DNA of 63,027 nt, the filler included, from Octopus bimaculoides (taxonomy: Eukaryota), in assembly GCF_001194135.2 (NCBI RefSeq). It is 4 parts of 3 records of this genome, joined end to end, with 100 filler letters (N's around TTAATTAATTAA, not from the genome) between each part and the next. Parts side by side here need not be neighbours in the genome. Positions count along the whole stretch, not along the records: positions 1 to 17,062 come from NC_068984.1; 3 more parts are not named here. One strand, given 5' to 3'. Of the stretch, positions 1 through 13,125 are shown piece by piece (the first letter of the stretch is position 1; each line of letters begins with the position of its first letter). The notes beneath the pieces are model-generated. The model saw only the letters and a program-made list of their open reading frames with translations. It was not told the origin of the DNA and did no database searches. Position numbers and translations under genes: made by a program.

Positions 1-29
1 CATATATATATATTCATATATATATATAC

Positions 30-63
<34 letters not shown>

Positions 64-122
64 TCACATATATATATACATATGTACATATATATATATA
101 TATACATATGTACATATATATA

Positions 123-157
<35 letters not shown>

Positions 158-462
158 GTTTATGGGATGTATTTATATATATGCATATGCGTATATATGT
201 GTATATATACTATATATATATACATATATGTATGTATATATGTATGTGTGTGTAAGTATATGCATATGTCTTTTTATACGTATATGTATATTTATATATG
301 TGAATGTGCATTTATGTAACTAGGTACATACACACGCCATTCACTTACATCAACACCTGTAAAACAATACATACTACCATGGTAAAACCCACCGAGACTG
401 GGTGAAAGAAAAAACTTCCAAAGAAGATAATACAACACCTATAGTAATAATACTACTACTAC

Positions 463-493
<31 letters not shown>

Positions 494-512
494 TATAATT
501 ATAATTGCAACG

Positions 513-728
513 ATCCTTTCTACTATAAGCACAAGGCCTGCAATTTGGGGGACGAGGATAGTCGATTTCGTCGACCCCAGTGCGTAATTGGTATTATTTG
601 GTTGACCTCCGAAATTATGAGAGGCAGAGTCGACCTCGGCGGAATTTGAATTTGAGAAAGTAACCACAGGCGAAATACTCTGAAGAATTTCGTCCACCGT
701 GCTAACAATTGCGCCACCACGCCGCCTT
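513..728 (-). mobile_element. Nin/Deu-domain tRNA-derived SINE
   Basis: Degenerate match to GGCGGCGAGCTGGCAG...GTCGACTTTGCCTTTCATCCTTTCGGGGTCGATAAATTAAGTACC...GGCCTTGTGC...AGAAAGGAT, flanked by (TAA)n. Confidence 0.8.
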
Positions 729-763
729 AAACAGCTACATTAGTATTATGATTATTAATAATA

Positions 764-803
<40 letters not shown>

Positions 804-1150
804 CTATAATAATAAAAACAATAATTGTAATAGCTGACGATGATGACAGACTCGATCATGTACACTAGGCGAGAAACTAGTAAGTTTAGTGGAGTAAAAG
901 AATGTTACTTTAATTAATTAACGAACGGGTTCTAGATAGGAAATTAATAAGTATGGTATAACTAATAAAAATTACAATAGTATTTATTAACAGTAGGAGT
1001 CATAATTAACTCGGGAAACTTGGGAATAAAGGTGCAGCGAAAAAAGATATTGGAATACTTTGAATGCTTAAAATGGGAGCAAGTGCGTGAGATATACGTT
1101 GTTCCGAATTTATTTGCTTTGCACTGAAAACAGAATGCTCATACCGAATT

Positions 1151-1182
<32 letters not shown>

Positions 1183-2373
1183 CATGCATGTCTTCGAGGA
1201 GGGTGACAACTTAAATTCAATTAAAATATATTTCAAAGGGAAATACAATTTTTTTTTCAAAAATGTCATCCTTTCTTCCCAACCCGTGAACTGAAGGGCA
1301 AAATACATGTATATNNNNNNNNNNNNNNNNNNNNNNNNNNNNNNNNNNNNNNNNNNNNNNNNNNNNNNNNNNNNNNNNNNNNNNNNNNNNNNNNNNNNNN
1401 NNNNNNNNNNNNNNNNNNNNNNNNNNNNNNNNNNNNNNNNNNNNNNNNNNNNNNNNNNNNNNNNNNNNNNNNNNNNNNNNNNNNNNNNNNNNNNNNNNNN
1501 NNNNNNNNNNNNNNNNNNNNNNNNNNNNNNNNNNNNNNNNNNNNNNNNNNNNNNNNNNNNNNNNNNNNNNNNNNNNNNNNNNNNNNNNNNNNNNNNNNNN
1601 NNNNNNNNNNNNNNNNNNNNNNNNNNNNNNNNNNNNNNNNNNNNNNNNNNNNNNNNNNNNNNNNNNNNNNNNNNNNNNNNNNNNNNNNNNNNNNNNNNNN
1701 NNNNNNNNNNNNNNNNNNNNNNNNNNNNNNNNNNNNNNNNNNNNNNNNNNNNNNNNNNNNNNNNNNNNNNNNNNNNNNNNNNNNNNNNNNNNNNNNNNNN
1801 NNNNNNNNNNNNNNNNNNNNNNNNNNNNNNNNNNNNNNNNNNNNNNNNNNNNNNNNNNNNNNNNNNNNNNNNNNNNNNNNNNNNNNNNNNNNNNNNNNNN
1901 NNATATATATAGTGTGTGTGTATGTGGGGTGTACATATATATATATATATAATATATATATTTATATATATCATATATATATATATATATATGTGTGTAT
2001 ATATATATATATTTATGGATATATATGTATACGTATATAATATATATATAATATATATAATATATAAATTCATATATACACATATGTACATGTGAGCATG
2101 TATGCATGTGTAAACATATAAAAAAAGTAACAAAGCCAACATGCACGCACGTGTGTGCATGTGTATGTCTATGTGTATGCGTGTGCATGTGTATGTTTAT
2201 GTGTATGGGTGTGATATATCTCTGTATGAGTGTGTGTTCGCGCGTGTTTATACGTACAGGGTAAGGAAACGTTCGACAACAGCGATGAAGACATAACAAC
2301 AGGAATTACATTACGACGTGACAGCGTAATAACACAGTAGTTATAGAAAGGGTGGAAAAGTAGCTAAATTACC

Positions 2374-2428
<55 letters not shown>

Positions 2429-2477
2429 GTATGTATGTATGTATGTGTGTATATATGCATATATGTATGTAAATTTC

Positions 2478-2590
<113 letters not shown>

Positions 2591-2605
2591 GTATATATAC
2601 ATATG

Positions 2606-2642
<37 letters not shown>

Positions 2643-3909
2643 GTACATATAAATATATATATATATGTATATATATATGAACATATATATATACATATAT
2701 ATGTATATATGCATATATATATATGTATATATATGTACATATGCATATATATATGTATCACTATATATATTTGTACATATGCATATATATATATATGTAT
2801 CACTATATATATATATATANNNNNNNNNNNNNNNNNNNNNNNNNNNNNNNNNNNNNNNNNNNNNNNNNNNNNNNNNNNNNNNNNNNNNNNNNNNNNNNNN
2901 NNNNNNNNNNNNNNNNNNNNNNNNNNNNNNNNNNNNNNNNNNNNNNNNNNNNNNNNNNNNNNNNNNNNNNNNNNNNNNNNNNNNNNNNNNNNNNNNNNNN
3001 NNNNNNNNNNNNNNNNNNNNNNNNNNNNNNNNNNNNNNNNNNNNNNNNNNNNNNNNNNNNNNNNNNNNNNNNNNNNNNNNNNNNNNNNNNNNNNNNNNNN
3101 NNNNNNNNNNNNNNNNNNNNNNNNNNNNNNNNNNNNNNNNNNNNNNNNNNNNNNNNNNNNNNNNNNNNNNNNNNNNNNNNNNNNNNNNNNNNNNNNNNNN
3201 NNNNNNNNNNNNNNNNNNNNNNNNNNNNNNNNNNNNNNNNNNNNNNNNNNNNNNNNNNNNNNNNNNNNNNNNNNNNNNNNNNNNNNNNNNNNNNNNNNNN
3301 NNNNNNNNNNNNNNNNNNNNNNNNNNNNNNNNNNNNNNNNNNNNNNNNNNNNNNNNNNNNNNNNNNNNNNNNNNNNNNNNNNNNNNNNNNNNNNNNNNNN
3401 NNNNNNNNNNNNNNNNNNNNNNNNNNNNNNNNNNNNNNNNNNNNNNNNNNNNNNNNNNNNNNNNNNNNNNNNNNNNNNNNNNNNNNNNNNNNNNNNNNNN
3501 NNNNNNNNNNNNNNNNNNNNNNNNNNNNNNNNNNNNNNNNNNNNNNNNNNNNNNNNNNNNNNNNNNNNNNNNNNNNNNNNNNNNNNNNNNNNNNNNNNNN
3601 NNNNNNNNNNNNNNNNNNNNNNNNNNNNNNNNNNNNNNATATATATATATGTATATATATATGAACATATATATATACATATATATATATATATACATTT
3701 TCACATACATGCGTTTATTTGCATATATATGCTTGTGTGTATATTTATATGCATACACACAAAATTGAAAGTACATATATTAGTCGAAATTATAAATAAA
3801 TTTACAATCATTTGTCCACATATCTATAGAAATCACCTCAATATGTATGTGTATGTGAATGTATATATGTATACATGTGTGTATATATACATACAGACTG
3901 ATAGGTAGG

Positions 3910-3971
<62 letters not shown>

Positions 3972-4160
3972 TGATACATATGGTTGATATAAGTCTTCTG
4001 ATATAAGTACAATATACGACGGTAACACACATGAAGATATGTGGAACGTATAGGAGAAACACACTTGCATATTAAACATATGCTCATATATAATATTTAC
4101 ATGTACGTGTGCGTGTATGTGTGTTTATATATATATAAATACATATTATATATGTATATA

Positions 4161-4198
<38 letters not shown>

Positions 4199-4263
4199 AT
4201 GTATACATGTGTATATGTGTATATACATTGTACATATCTAACAATGTTTTTATATTTGCATAT

Positions 4264-4342
<79 letters not shown>

Positions 4343-4446
4343 TCCATATGTGTGTATGTATGTATGTATGTATGTATCCCCACAAATTCGCTCTCGTTAA
4401 AAACAGAGAATTCATCTCATGTCAAAAAGCTAGACAGCTACATACT

Positions 4447-4477
<31 letters not shown>

Positions 4478-4814
4478 GGAGAGAAATATAAAGAGCCAAA
4501 GCTAAGACAATTTCTTATGGCTGAAATGTCAAATGAATGACGGCCGACAATATTATAAACAGGCAACAATAGGGAAATATTGAAAGCCCCCGAATCCCAG
4601 AAACACCAGTAAAATAACAGTGAATTATCTACGTCCAAGAAATAGAAACTTTTGAAGACACATTAAAGAAAGGTAAGCGTATTCATTCATTTACTGTGAA
4701 TTTTCTTTTAGTAGTATTATTATTTTTTTTATTAATATTATTATCATTATTATTATTATTATTATCACTATTATTATTTATTTTATTAAAATTTTATATT
4801 TTTCTTAATTTTAA

Positions 4815-4860
<46 letters not shown>

Positions 4861-5093
4861 GCGGCGTGCTGGCAGAAACGTTAGCACGCTGTACCGAATG
4901 CTCGAGGTTATTTCGCCCGTCGATGCATTTTGAGTTCAAATTTTGCTGAGATTGATCTTTTCCTTTCATCCTTTCGGGGTCGATAAATTAAGTACCAGTC
5001 GAGTACTGAGGTCGATATAATAGAGTACCCCCTCCCCAAAAATTTTAGGCCTTGTGCCAACAGTAGAAAGGATTCTTCTTCTTCTTCTTCTTC

Positions 5094-5156
<63 letters not shown>

Positions 5157-5673
5157 NNNNNNNNNNTATTTAGTGGGAATTTCGTCCATTGTTACGTTCT
5201 GTGTTCAAATCCCACAGAGGTCAAATTTACCTTTCAACCTTTCGGAGTCTATAAAATAAGCCCCGGTTAAGCACTGGTATCGATTTAGTCGATGTACCGC
5301 CGCTGCCGAACTTGCCGGCCTTGTGCCAAACTTGGAAACCAGTCTTCTTAGCGGTATTTCGTCCGTCTTTAAGTTCTGAGCCCAAATTCTGGCTAGGTTG
5401 ACTTTGCCTTTCATCCTTCCGGGCTCCATAAAATAAGTACCAGTCGATCACTGGGGGTCTATGTAAATCGACTAGTCCCTTCCCCCGAAATTTCAGGCCT
5501 TGTGCCTGTAGTAGAAAGGATTATTATAATTATTCTTATCATTTATATGTAAACCCCCACACTTTATCTCTGTCTTTGTATTGTTCCCCTTTCCTTTGCC
5601 CTTGTGGCAAATAAATGAAATTATTATTATTATTATTATAATTATTATTCTTATTATTATTATAATTATTCTT

Positions 5674-5749
<76 letters not shown>

Positions 5750-5905
5750 NNNNNNNNNNAATCGTTAGCACGCTGGACGAAATGCTTAGCGGTATTTCGC
5801 CCGTCACTATGTTCTGAGTTCAAATTCTGCCGAGGTCGACATTGCTTTTCAGGGTCGATGAAAGAAGTACCAGTTGAACACTGGGGGAGGGGAGGGTTCG
5901 ATATA
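4861..5905 (+). mobile_element. Head-to-tail cluster of four Nin/Deu-domain SINE copies (about 4861-5074, 5167-5340, 5343-5523, 5760-5905) separated by (TTC)n/(TTA)n tracts
   Basis: Repeated TTCTGAGTTCAAAT...CCTTTCATCCTTTCGGGGTCGATAAA.TAAGTACCAG cores and GGCCTTGTGCC.GTAGTAGAAAGGATT tails. Confidence 0.85.
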
Positions 5906-6242
5906 ATCGACACAGCCCACCCACTTCCTCCAAGCTGCCGTTGTAGCAAAAATTTAAAATAATAATAATTATTATTATCGTTGTTGTTGTCGCTATTATG
6001 ATTATTATTATTATTATTATTATTACTTCTACTATTATTCGTATCCTTCACTGTCTACAAATCCCCTTCTTCCACCGTGACAATTATTATGAATGACCAC
6101 AAACATCAGCATCATCATCATCATCTTGTACATCTATATTACTTACGGTACACATTTGCACACATTCTCATACTTTAAATCACAGAATAATACGTTTGCT
6201 TATATGAACGGAAAAACATGCATACATACATAGATACGTATG

Positions 6243-6274
<32 letters not shown>

Positions 6275-6275
<1 letters not shown>

Positions 6276-6657
6276 GCGCAGAAGTGGCTGTGTAGTAAGT
6301 AGCTTCAGTCCCACTGCATGGAACCATCGGCAAGTATCTTCTACTGTAGCCTCTGGCTGACATTGTGAGTCGTTTTGGTAGACGGAAACTGAAAGAAGCC
6401 CGCCGTATATATATACGTATGTATATATATATGTGTGTGTGTGTGTTAGTGTTTGTTTGTGTCTGTGTTTATCCTCCCAAAATCTCTTGACAACCGATGC
6501 TGGTGTGTTTACGTCCCTGTAACTTAGCGGTTCGGCAAAAGAGCCCGACAGAATAAGTACTAGGCTTACAGAAGAATAAGTCCTGGGGTAGATTTGTTTG
6601 ACAAAAGGCGGTGCTCCAGCATGGCCGCAATCAAATGACTGAAACAAGTAAAAAGAG
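6275..6657 (+). mobile_element. CORE-like tRNA-derived SINE (family A) with internal (TA)/(TG) tract
   Basis: GGCGCAG.AGTGGCTGTG head, GGCAAGT.TCTTCTACT.TAGCC core, GGTAGACGGAAACTGAAAGAAGCCC, tail GGCGGTGCTCCAGCATGGCCGC...GACTGAAACAAGTAAAAAGAG. Confidence 0.9.
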
Positions 6658-6767
6658 TATATATATATATGTATGGATGTATGTATGTATGTATGTATGT
6701 ATATGAGCATATGTATATACATGTAAGATATATGTGTGTATAGACATATATGTTTAAATGTAATATG

Positions 6768-6802
<35 letters not shown>

Positions 6803-6888
6803 ACGTATATATATATATGTACCAGGGTAAGGTTATTAATTTGAAACAATGTGGAAAAAAGAGGTAGAGTAATATGCTTTTAAATAAA

Positions 6889-6961
<73 letters not shown>

Positions 6962-7276
6962 CATGTGCATACGTGTATGTATGTATAAATTACGCATGTT
7001 CCATCGTATGAGCATGATTGTCTACTTATATACACCTTTACGTATGTTTGTATATATGCGCGCACAGACTTACGCACACACATATACGCATACACAAGAG
7101 CGCGCCCGCGCACGCACACACATACACTCACACACTCATATCTATATACAGCGCTCGTTTCCTTAGTGTAATCAGCGAGTCCGCCCACTTCTATTCGAGA
7201 TCAGAAATTCTAAGATAACAGGACTCTTGACCAGCTTACATAAAATTCGTATCGATACCTGATACCCGATGCCGAT

Positions 7277-7342
<66 letters not shown>

Positions 7343-7390
7343 ATATACATTTATATATGTGGGTGGGTGGGTGTGTGTATGTATATATGT

Positions 7391-7720
7391 GGCGCAGGCT
7401 TAACTGTGTGGAGTAAGAAGCTTGCTTCCCAACCACATGGTTCCGAGTTCAGTCTCACTGCGTGGCACGTTGTACAAGTGTCTCCTGCTATAGCCTCGGG
7501 CCGATGAAAGCATTGTGAACGGATTTGGTAGACGGAAACTGAAAGAAGCCCTTTCGAACGTGTGTGCGTCTTTGTGTCTGTGTTTGTTCCCCCGCCCATG
7601 ATCGCTTGACGACCGGTGTTGATATGTTTACGTCCCCGTAATCCAGCGGTTCTGCAATGAGACTGATAGAATAAGTACTAGGCTTGAAAATAAGTCCTGG
7701 GGTCGAATTATTCGACAAAA
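7391..7720 (+). mobile_element. Family A CORE-like SINE, 3' truncated
   Basis: Same head, core and body as 6275-6657. Confidence 0.88.
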
Positions 7721-7814
7721 TCATTTCAGAAATATATGTATTTTAGTATGCATGTATTATATGTTACGTATCATATATTATATTATATACATGATATGTA
7801 TTATACCTAGTGGT

Positions 7815-8323
7815 AGGGCCTTGGGCTATATAGCGACACTTCATAAAGAAGATTGCCTTGTTGAAATGGTTGAGCTACTGGGAAAATCTAAAGGAACCGA
7901 AGTTCTATTCCGTAGAGTGAAAGCGTGTAAGATGTGCAGTGATATATATATGGAAGACCCTAGAATGTCTAGGTACCAAATTTACAATTTAAAACTATAT
8001 CAACGAGTGAACTGGTCGGCCCAGCATCGTGACAAACTCCTGTCTTCTCCATCAAGAATAAGGACCCGGTATTGTAAAAGCTTCGGTTTCAAGTTGTCCA
8101 CAGCTGTTTAACATTCTGCGAAACAACCTGTGAGATTAGTGAGGTGTAGATATGGAGGTCTTTAAAAAGTGTCTGGACAAATACTTGATGAAACCGCATC
8201 GTAGCAGGAGGCACCACAAGGGCAGATCCGTCCAAATTCGCTAATTCGCCAGCAACTGAAATATGGTGCTACAGCACAGCCTTGACTTCTGACTGAAACG
8301 AGTAAGAGATAAATGATAAAAGA
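7815..8323 (+). mobile_element. CR1-like LINE 3' fragment (ORF2 C-terminus and tail)
   Basis: Decayed PSRIRTRYCKSFGFK..QLFNIL...MEVFKKCLDKYL reading, homologous to the CR1 end at 46463-46675; ends TGGTGCTACAGCAC...TGACTGAAACGAGTAAGAGATAAA. Confidence 0.7.
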
Positions 8324-8433
8324 AATAGATAGATAGATACATACATACATGGATTGATAGATAGGTATGCAAATACGTGTGTGGGTATGTGTGTATATGT
8401 GTGTGTTATGAGGTGTATATATACACACATATA

Positions 8434-8812
8434 CGCAATGGCCCAGTGGTTAGGGCAGCGGACTCGCGATCATAGAATCGCAGTTTCGATTCCCAGACCG
8501 GGCGTTGTGAGTGTTTATTGAGCGAAAACACCTAAGGCTCCATGAGGCTCCGGCAGGGGATGGTGGCGAACTTTGCTGTACTTTTTCACCACAACTTTCT
8601 CTCACTCTTACTTCCTGTTTCTGTTGTGCCTGTAATTCAAAGGGCCAGCCTTGTCACACTGTGTCACGCTGAATCTCCCCGAGAACTACGTTAAGGGTAC
8701 ACGTGTCTGTGGAGTGCTCAGCCACTTGCACGTTAATTTCACGAGCAAGCTGTTCCGTTGATCGGATCAACTGGAACCCTCGACATCATAAGCGACGGAG
8801 TGCCAACAACAA
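8434..8812 (+). mobile_element. tRNA-derived SINE family C
   Basis: A box TGGCCCAGTGG, B box TTTCGATTCC, body, and tail AAGGGTACACGTGTCTGTGGAGTGCTCAGCCACTTGCACG...GACGGAGTGCC(AAC)n. Confidence 0.88.
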
Positions 8813-9277
8813 ATATANNNNNNNNNNNNNNNNNNNNNNNNNNNNNNNNNNNNNNNNNNNNNNNNNNNNNNNNNNNNNNNNNNNNNNNNNNNNNNNNNNN
8901 NNNNNNNNNNNNNNNNNNNNNNNNNNNNNNNNNNNNNNNNNNNNNNNNNNNNNNNNNNNNNNNNNNNNNNNNNNNNNNNNNNNNNNNNNNNNNNNNNNNN
9001 NNNNNNNNNNNNNNNNNNNNNNNNNNNNNNNNNNNNNNNNNNNNNNNNNNNNNNNNNNNNNNNNNNNNNNNNNNNNNNNNNNNNNNNNNNNNNNNNNNNN
9101 NNNNNNNNNNNNNNNNNNNNNNNNNNNNNNNNNNNNNNNNNNNNNNNNNNNNNNNNNNNNNNNNNNNNNNNNNNNNNNNNNNNNNNNNNNNNNNNNNNNN
9201 NNNNNNNNNNNNNNNNNNNNNNNNNNNNNNNNNNNNNNNNNNNNNNNNNNNNNNNNNNNNNNNNNNNNNNNNNNNNN

Positions 9278-9335
<58 letters not shown>

Positions 9336-9344
9336 CATATATCT

Positions 9345-9667
9345 GAGGAACACTCCGTCGGTTACGACGACGTGGGTCACATCTGATACAATCTACGGAA
9401 CAGCTTGCACGTGCAATTAACGTGCAAATGGCTGAGCACTCCACAGACACGTGTACCTTTAATGTAGTTCTCAAGGAGATTCAGCATGGCACAGAGTGTG
9501 ATAAAGTTGGCCCTTTGAAATACAGGTACTACTCATTTTTGCCAACTGAGTGGACAGGGGCAATGTGAAATAAAGTGCCTTGCTCAAGGACACAACGCGT
9601 CGCTGGAAATTGAACCCACGACCTTATAGTCGTGAACCGAATACCCTAACCACTAAGCCACGCGCCT
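9345..9667 (-). mobile_element. tRNA-derived SINE family D (different head, same tail as family C)
   Basis: Minus: GGCGCGTGGCTTAGTGGTTAGGG...GTTCAATTTCC...TGTGTCCTTGAGCAAGGCACTTTATTTCAC...then the family C tail. Confidence 0.88.
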
Positions 9668-9967
9668 TTACATTTATATGTATGTACATATGTATATATA
9701 TGTGTGTGTATGTTGCATTCTGAAATCTCTACCAAGAACAAAGCCCTCGAGATGAAGTGCAACTATAAGAAGATTCCAGGTGAGAAAATATGGAGATAAT
9801 GTTGCGAATAAACAAATGAAACCGCTGCGGTTAGATACACAAAATACTTTTATATGCATTTATTCATATAAATAGAGAGGGCCAATGACTTAACATTGAA
9901 AGTCTAAACGAAACGAAGTTTGAAAATAGCTATTTTGTTCCTTCTTTTAAAATTATTTGTACTTATA

Positions 9968-10246
9968 GCCTTGTGATTGGATTTGGTAGATAGAAACTGA
10001 AAGAAGCCCGTCGTATATATGCATATGTATATGTTTGTGTGTCTGTCTCTGTTCCCCCAGCATCGCTTGACAACCGATGCTGGTGTGTTTACTACGTCCC
10101 CGTAACCTAGCGGTTCGGCAAAAGAGACCGATAGAATAAGTACTAGGCTTACAAAGAATAAGACCTGGGGTCGATTTTCTTGACTATAGGCGGTGCTCCA
10201 GCATGGCTGCAGTCAATTGACTGAAACATGTAAAAGAGTAAAAGAG
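9968..10246 (+). mobile_element. Family A SINE, 5' truncated
   Basis: GATTTGGTAGATAGAAACTGAAAGAAGCCCG through GGCGGTGCTCCAGCATGG...GTAAAAGAGTAAAAGAG. Confidence 0.88.
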
Positions 10247-10624
10247 TTATCTGTCTATTACAGATGCATTTGTGATGCTTCTACTAAAAATTGGGATGGT
10301 TGCAATGAGATGCTCTTTTCCATCCTCCTCCTCATCGTTAGTAGTAGTAGTAGTAGTAGGGATGTGGGTCACCTTGTGATGAAATCGCTAAATCAAAGTT
10401 TTATTAGGGCCTGTGCTCGGCTTTTTTTTTTGTTTTGTTTTTTATCAGCTCTAAAGTTACGTATCACGAGTTCCAATTTCTTTCACATATAAGGACTTCA
10501 CAATATATATTTTCCGAGATGAATAGATCAAGTCAACCTAGTTGAAACGACAAACAAGGAATTACTTGTCTTCAACAGCGCTTGCTACTTGGCGAGCATT
10601 TGTCTCTGGGATGCCCTTCGTCCT

Positions 10625-10775
10625 AGAGACCAAGGCCTGAAAGTTGGAGGAGGGGCCCAGTCGATTAGATCGACCCCAGTACTCAACTAGTACTTAATTT
10701 ATCGATCCCGAAAGCATGAAAGGCAAAGTCGACTTCGGTGGAATCTGAACTCAGAACGCAGTGACGGGAGGAATA
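10625..10775 (-). mobile_element. Nin/Deu-domain SINE fragment
   Basis: GATCGACCCCAGTACTCAACTAGTACTTAATTTATCGATCCCGAAAGCATGAAAGGCAAAGTCGAC. Confidence 0.8.
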
Positions 10776-12185
10776 CAGTATTAATAATAATAATAACAAT
10801 AATTTCTGTTATTAACCACAGAGGTATAGATGAGGAGGCATCACAAGGACAGACAACAATTTGTGTGAGGAATTTCATAAAGCCTGGGGGGGAAAGAAAT
10901 GAAAAAGACAGTGAAATGCAATAAAACAGGCATAGTATATAATGCACGTGATATTATGAATGATGCAGTTTTTCTGATACAGAAGGAACTCCAGCTAGGG
11001 CCAGTCAACGATCCAGGATTACCCTGTCAACTAAAGGTACGAGCCCTTTCTCCCACTCTCTAATCTATAAGCGCATACGTAGAGCAGGGATAGTCGCTCT
11101 AACCATTTCTGTCGTAGTCACACAACTTCGCACAAATTCACTGGTGATGGTGGTGAGGGGGCGTGGCACTTTCACTTTCCTTTTCAAGTGGAACGAAACA
11201 AAACAGTTGACGAGAGCTTTGACTAACGAAAAAATGTCTTTCCTCAATCCTTTCCAACATTAAGTTTCCTTGACATTTTCACATGTTGCTAACATATTCG
11301 TGCTGCTGTTGATGATGATGATGATGATGACGATACACACACACACACACACACATATATATATNNNNNNNNNNNNNNNNNNNNNNNNNNNNNNNNNNNN
11401 NNNNNNNNNNNNNNNNNNNNNNNNNNNNNNNNNNNNNNNNNNNNNNNNNNNNNNNNNNNNNTTATATTGTACGATATTGGAAAGCTTAAGACGTTTCACG
11501 TGTAAATTTTTTTTTAAAAGGGAGAAAAATGGTTTAAGAACTTTATCATGGACAAAAAAATTTACATTTTTCACAAGACACATCCTACCGCTCTCAGTCA
11601 ATGTGTGTGGGTGTGGGGGTGGAGGGTCTTTGTGCATGTTTACCTCACAATACGTTATGCAATGTGTTCTCTTCGTACGAAATTATCACCATAAGATGTT
11701 TATTTTTAATATTTACATCCTCATCAATATTATCACCATAACGAAATTATCAGTTGACAAGATGTGGACCGGGATTTTCCTAACGTTGTCCACTTTACGT
11801 TTCTCCAAACTAAGAAAGGGTGTATTTTGATGATAAATAAAGACGATGTTGTTATTAATAAAAGTCGTAATAATACATTCCCACAAGCGCATAAGATATT
11901 ATACATACCCATATAGAAATAGACGCGCATACACACACATATACACTCACACACATGTATATATTCACACGTATATATATATGTATATATAAAACATATA
12001 TGTATATATACATATATTTCTGTGTGTGAAGGAGCGCATCTATGTAGGAATTAAGTACATATTAGGCAGTTGTCAACTAAATAACTTATATAAATACACA
12101 CATAAGTATTTGTGTATATGTGTGTATATGTTTGGGGGGTTATATATGCAAATATATATATGTGTGTGTGTATGTGTTTGTGTGT

Positions 12186-12327
12186 ATACTTTATTTTCAA
12201 AAAAGCAGCAAAAATATCACAAAAACAGCTACTCAGTTTCACGTTCCCGTTCGTCCGACAAACGGGAACGTGAAACTCTGAGTAACAGTTTTTGTGATAT
12301 TTTTGCTGCTTTTTTAATAAAGCATAT
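12186..12327. repeat. Near-perfect long inverted repeat (arms about 65 bp, 9-nt loop); palindromic MITE or hairpin-RNA candidate
   Basis: AAAAAGCAGCAAAAATATCACAAAAAC...CTCAGTTTCACGTTCCCGTT / CGTCCGACA / AACGGGAACGTGAAACTCTGAG...GTTTTTGTGATATTTTTGCTGCTTTTT. Confidence 0.9.
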
Positions 12328-12400
12328 TACTCTACCACCGGTATTCGAGTACTATTTGTTCCGCCTTGCTTCCCATTTATGTACTCACTCTGTACATCCG

Positions 12401-12447
<47 letters not shown>

Positions 12448-12837
12448 GTAAATATATATATATATACATATATATGTATATATGTCAATACATACATGTG
12501 TGTATGTTTGTCTGTCTGTGTGTACATATATATGTACATAATATTCATGTACACACACGCACACATGTTTACAGCCCTCACATACACGCGCGCATACACT
12601 CCATGCACATTCACAAACACACATACATACACATATCTGTATTTACAATTATATTAGAGTTCCACACTTACTATTTTCTTCAACATAGCTGTTTCCACCA
12701 CCACCACTTCTCCCCTAAACAATGTACTTAGAGTCATTAAATATTAGTTTTCTTTCAAACAGAGAAAATAAAACGATAAGACGACAAAACATTAAGATAA
12801 ATGTGTCTGAAAAATGTTTCTGTAAGACCACCAATGT

Positions 12838-12960
12838 ACCTCCTGAATTCCGTCAAGGTTGGCCTTGCCTTTCATCCTCTCGGGGTCGATAAATTAAGTA
12901 GCAGTCTTGTACTTTGGTCGATCTAATCGACTGGCCCCCTCACCAAAAACTTCGAACCTT
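12838..12960 (+). mobile_element. Nin/Deu-domain SINE fragment
   Basis: GCCTTGCCTTTCATCCTCTCGGGGTCGATAAATTAAGTAGCAG. Confidence 0.78.
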
Positions 12961-13079
12961 TTACTCGAAAAGAATATTTCTCCTGAACGGGACGCCAGCT
13001 CGTCATAATACTAGTTATTTACAGCTGAGTGAACCGGTAATCGATGCCGAAATCGAAGCCTGAATCTTGCCTTCAATTT

Positions 13080-13123
<44 letters not shown>

Positions 13124-13125
<2 letters not shown>

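Noticed and set aside
8434-8505. tRNA gene candidates (also about 9590-9667, 21400-21470, 39100-39164)
   Set aside because: A and B boxes are present but there is no closed acceptor stem, and each runs into a SINE or PLE body.
10505-10560. GAGATGA...CCTAGTTGAAACG hammerhead-like string
   Set aside because: Core and cleavage site are too degenerate to call by eye.
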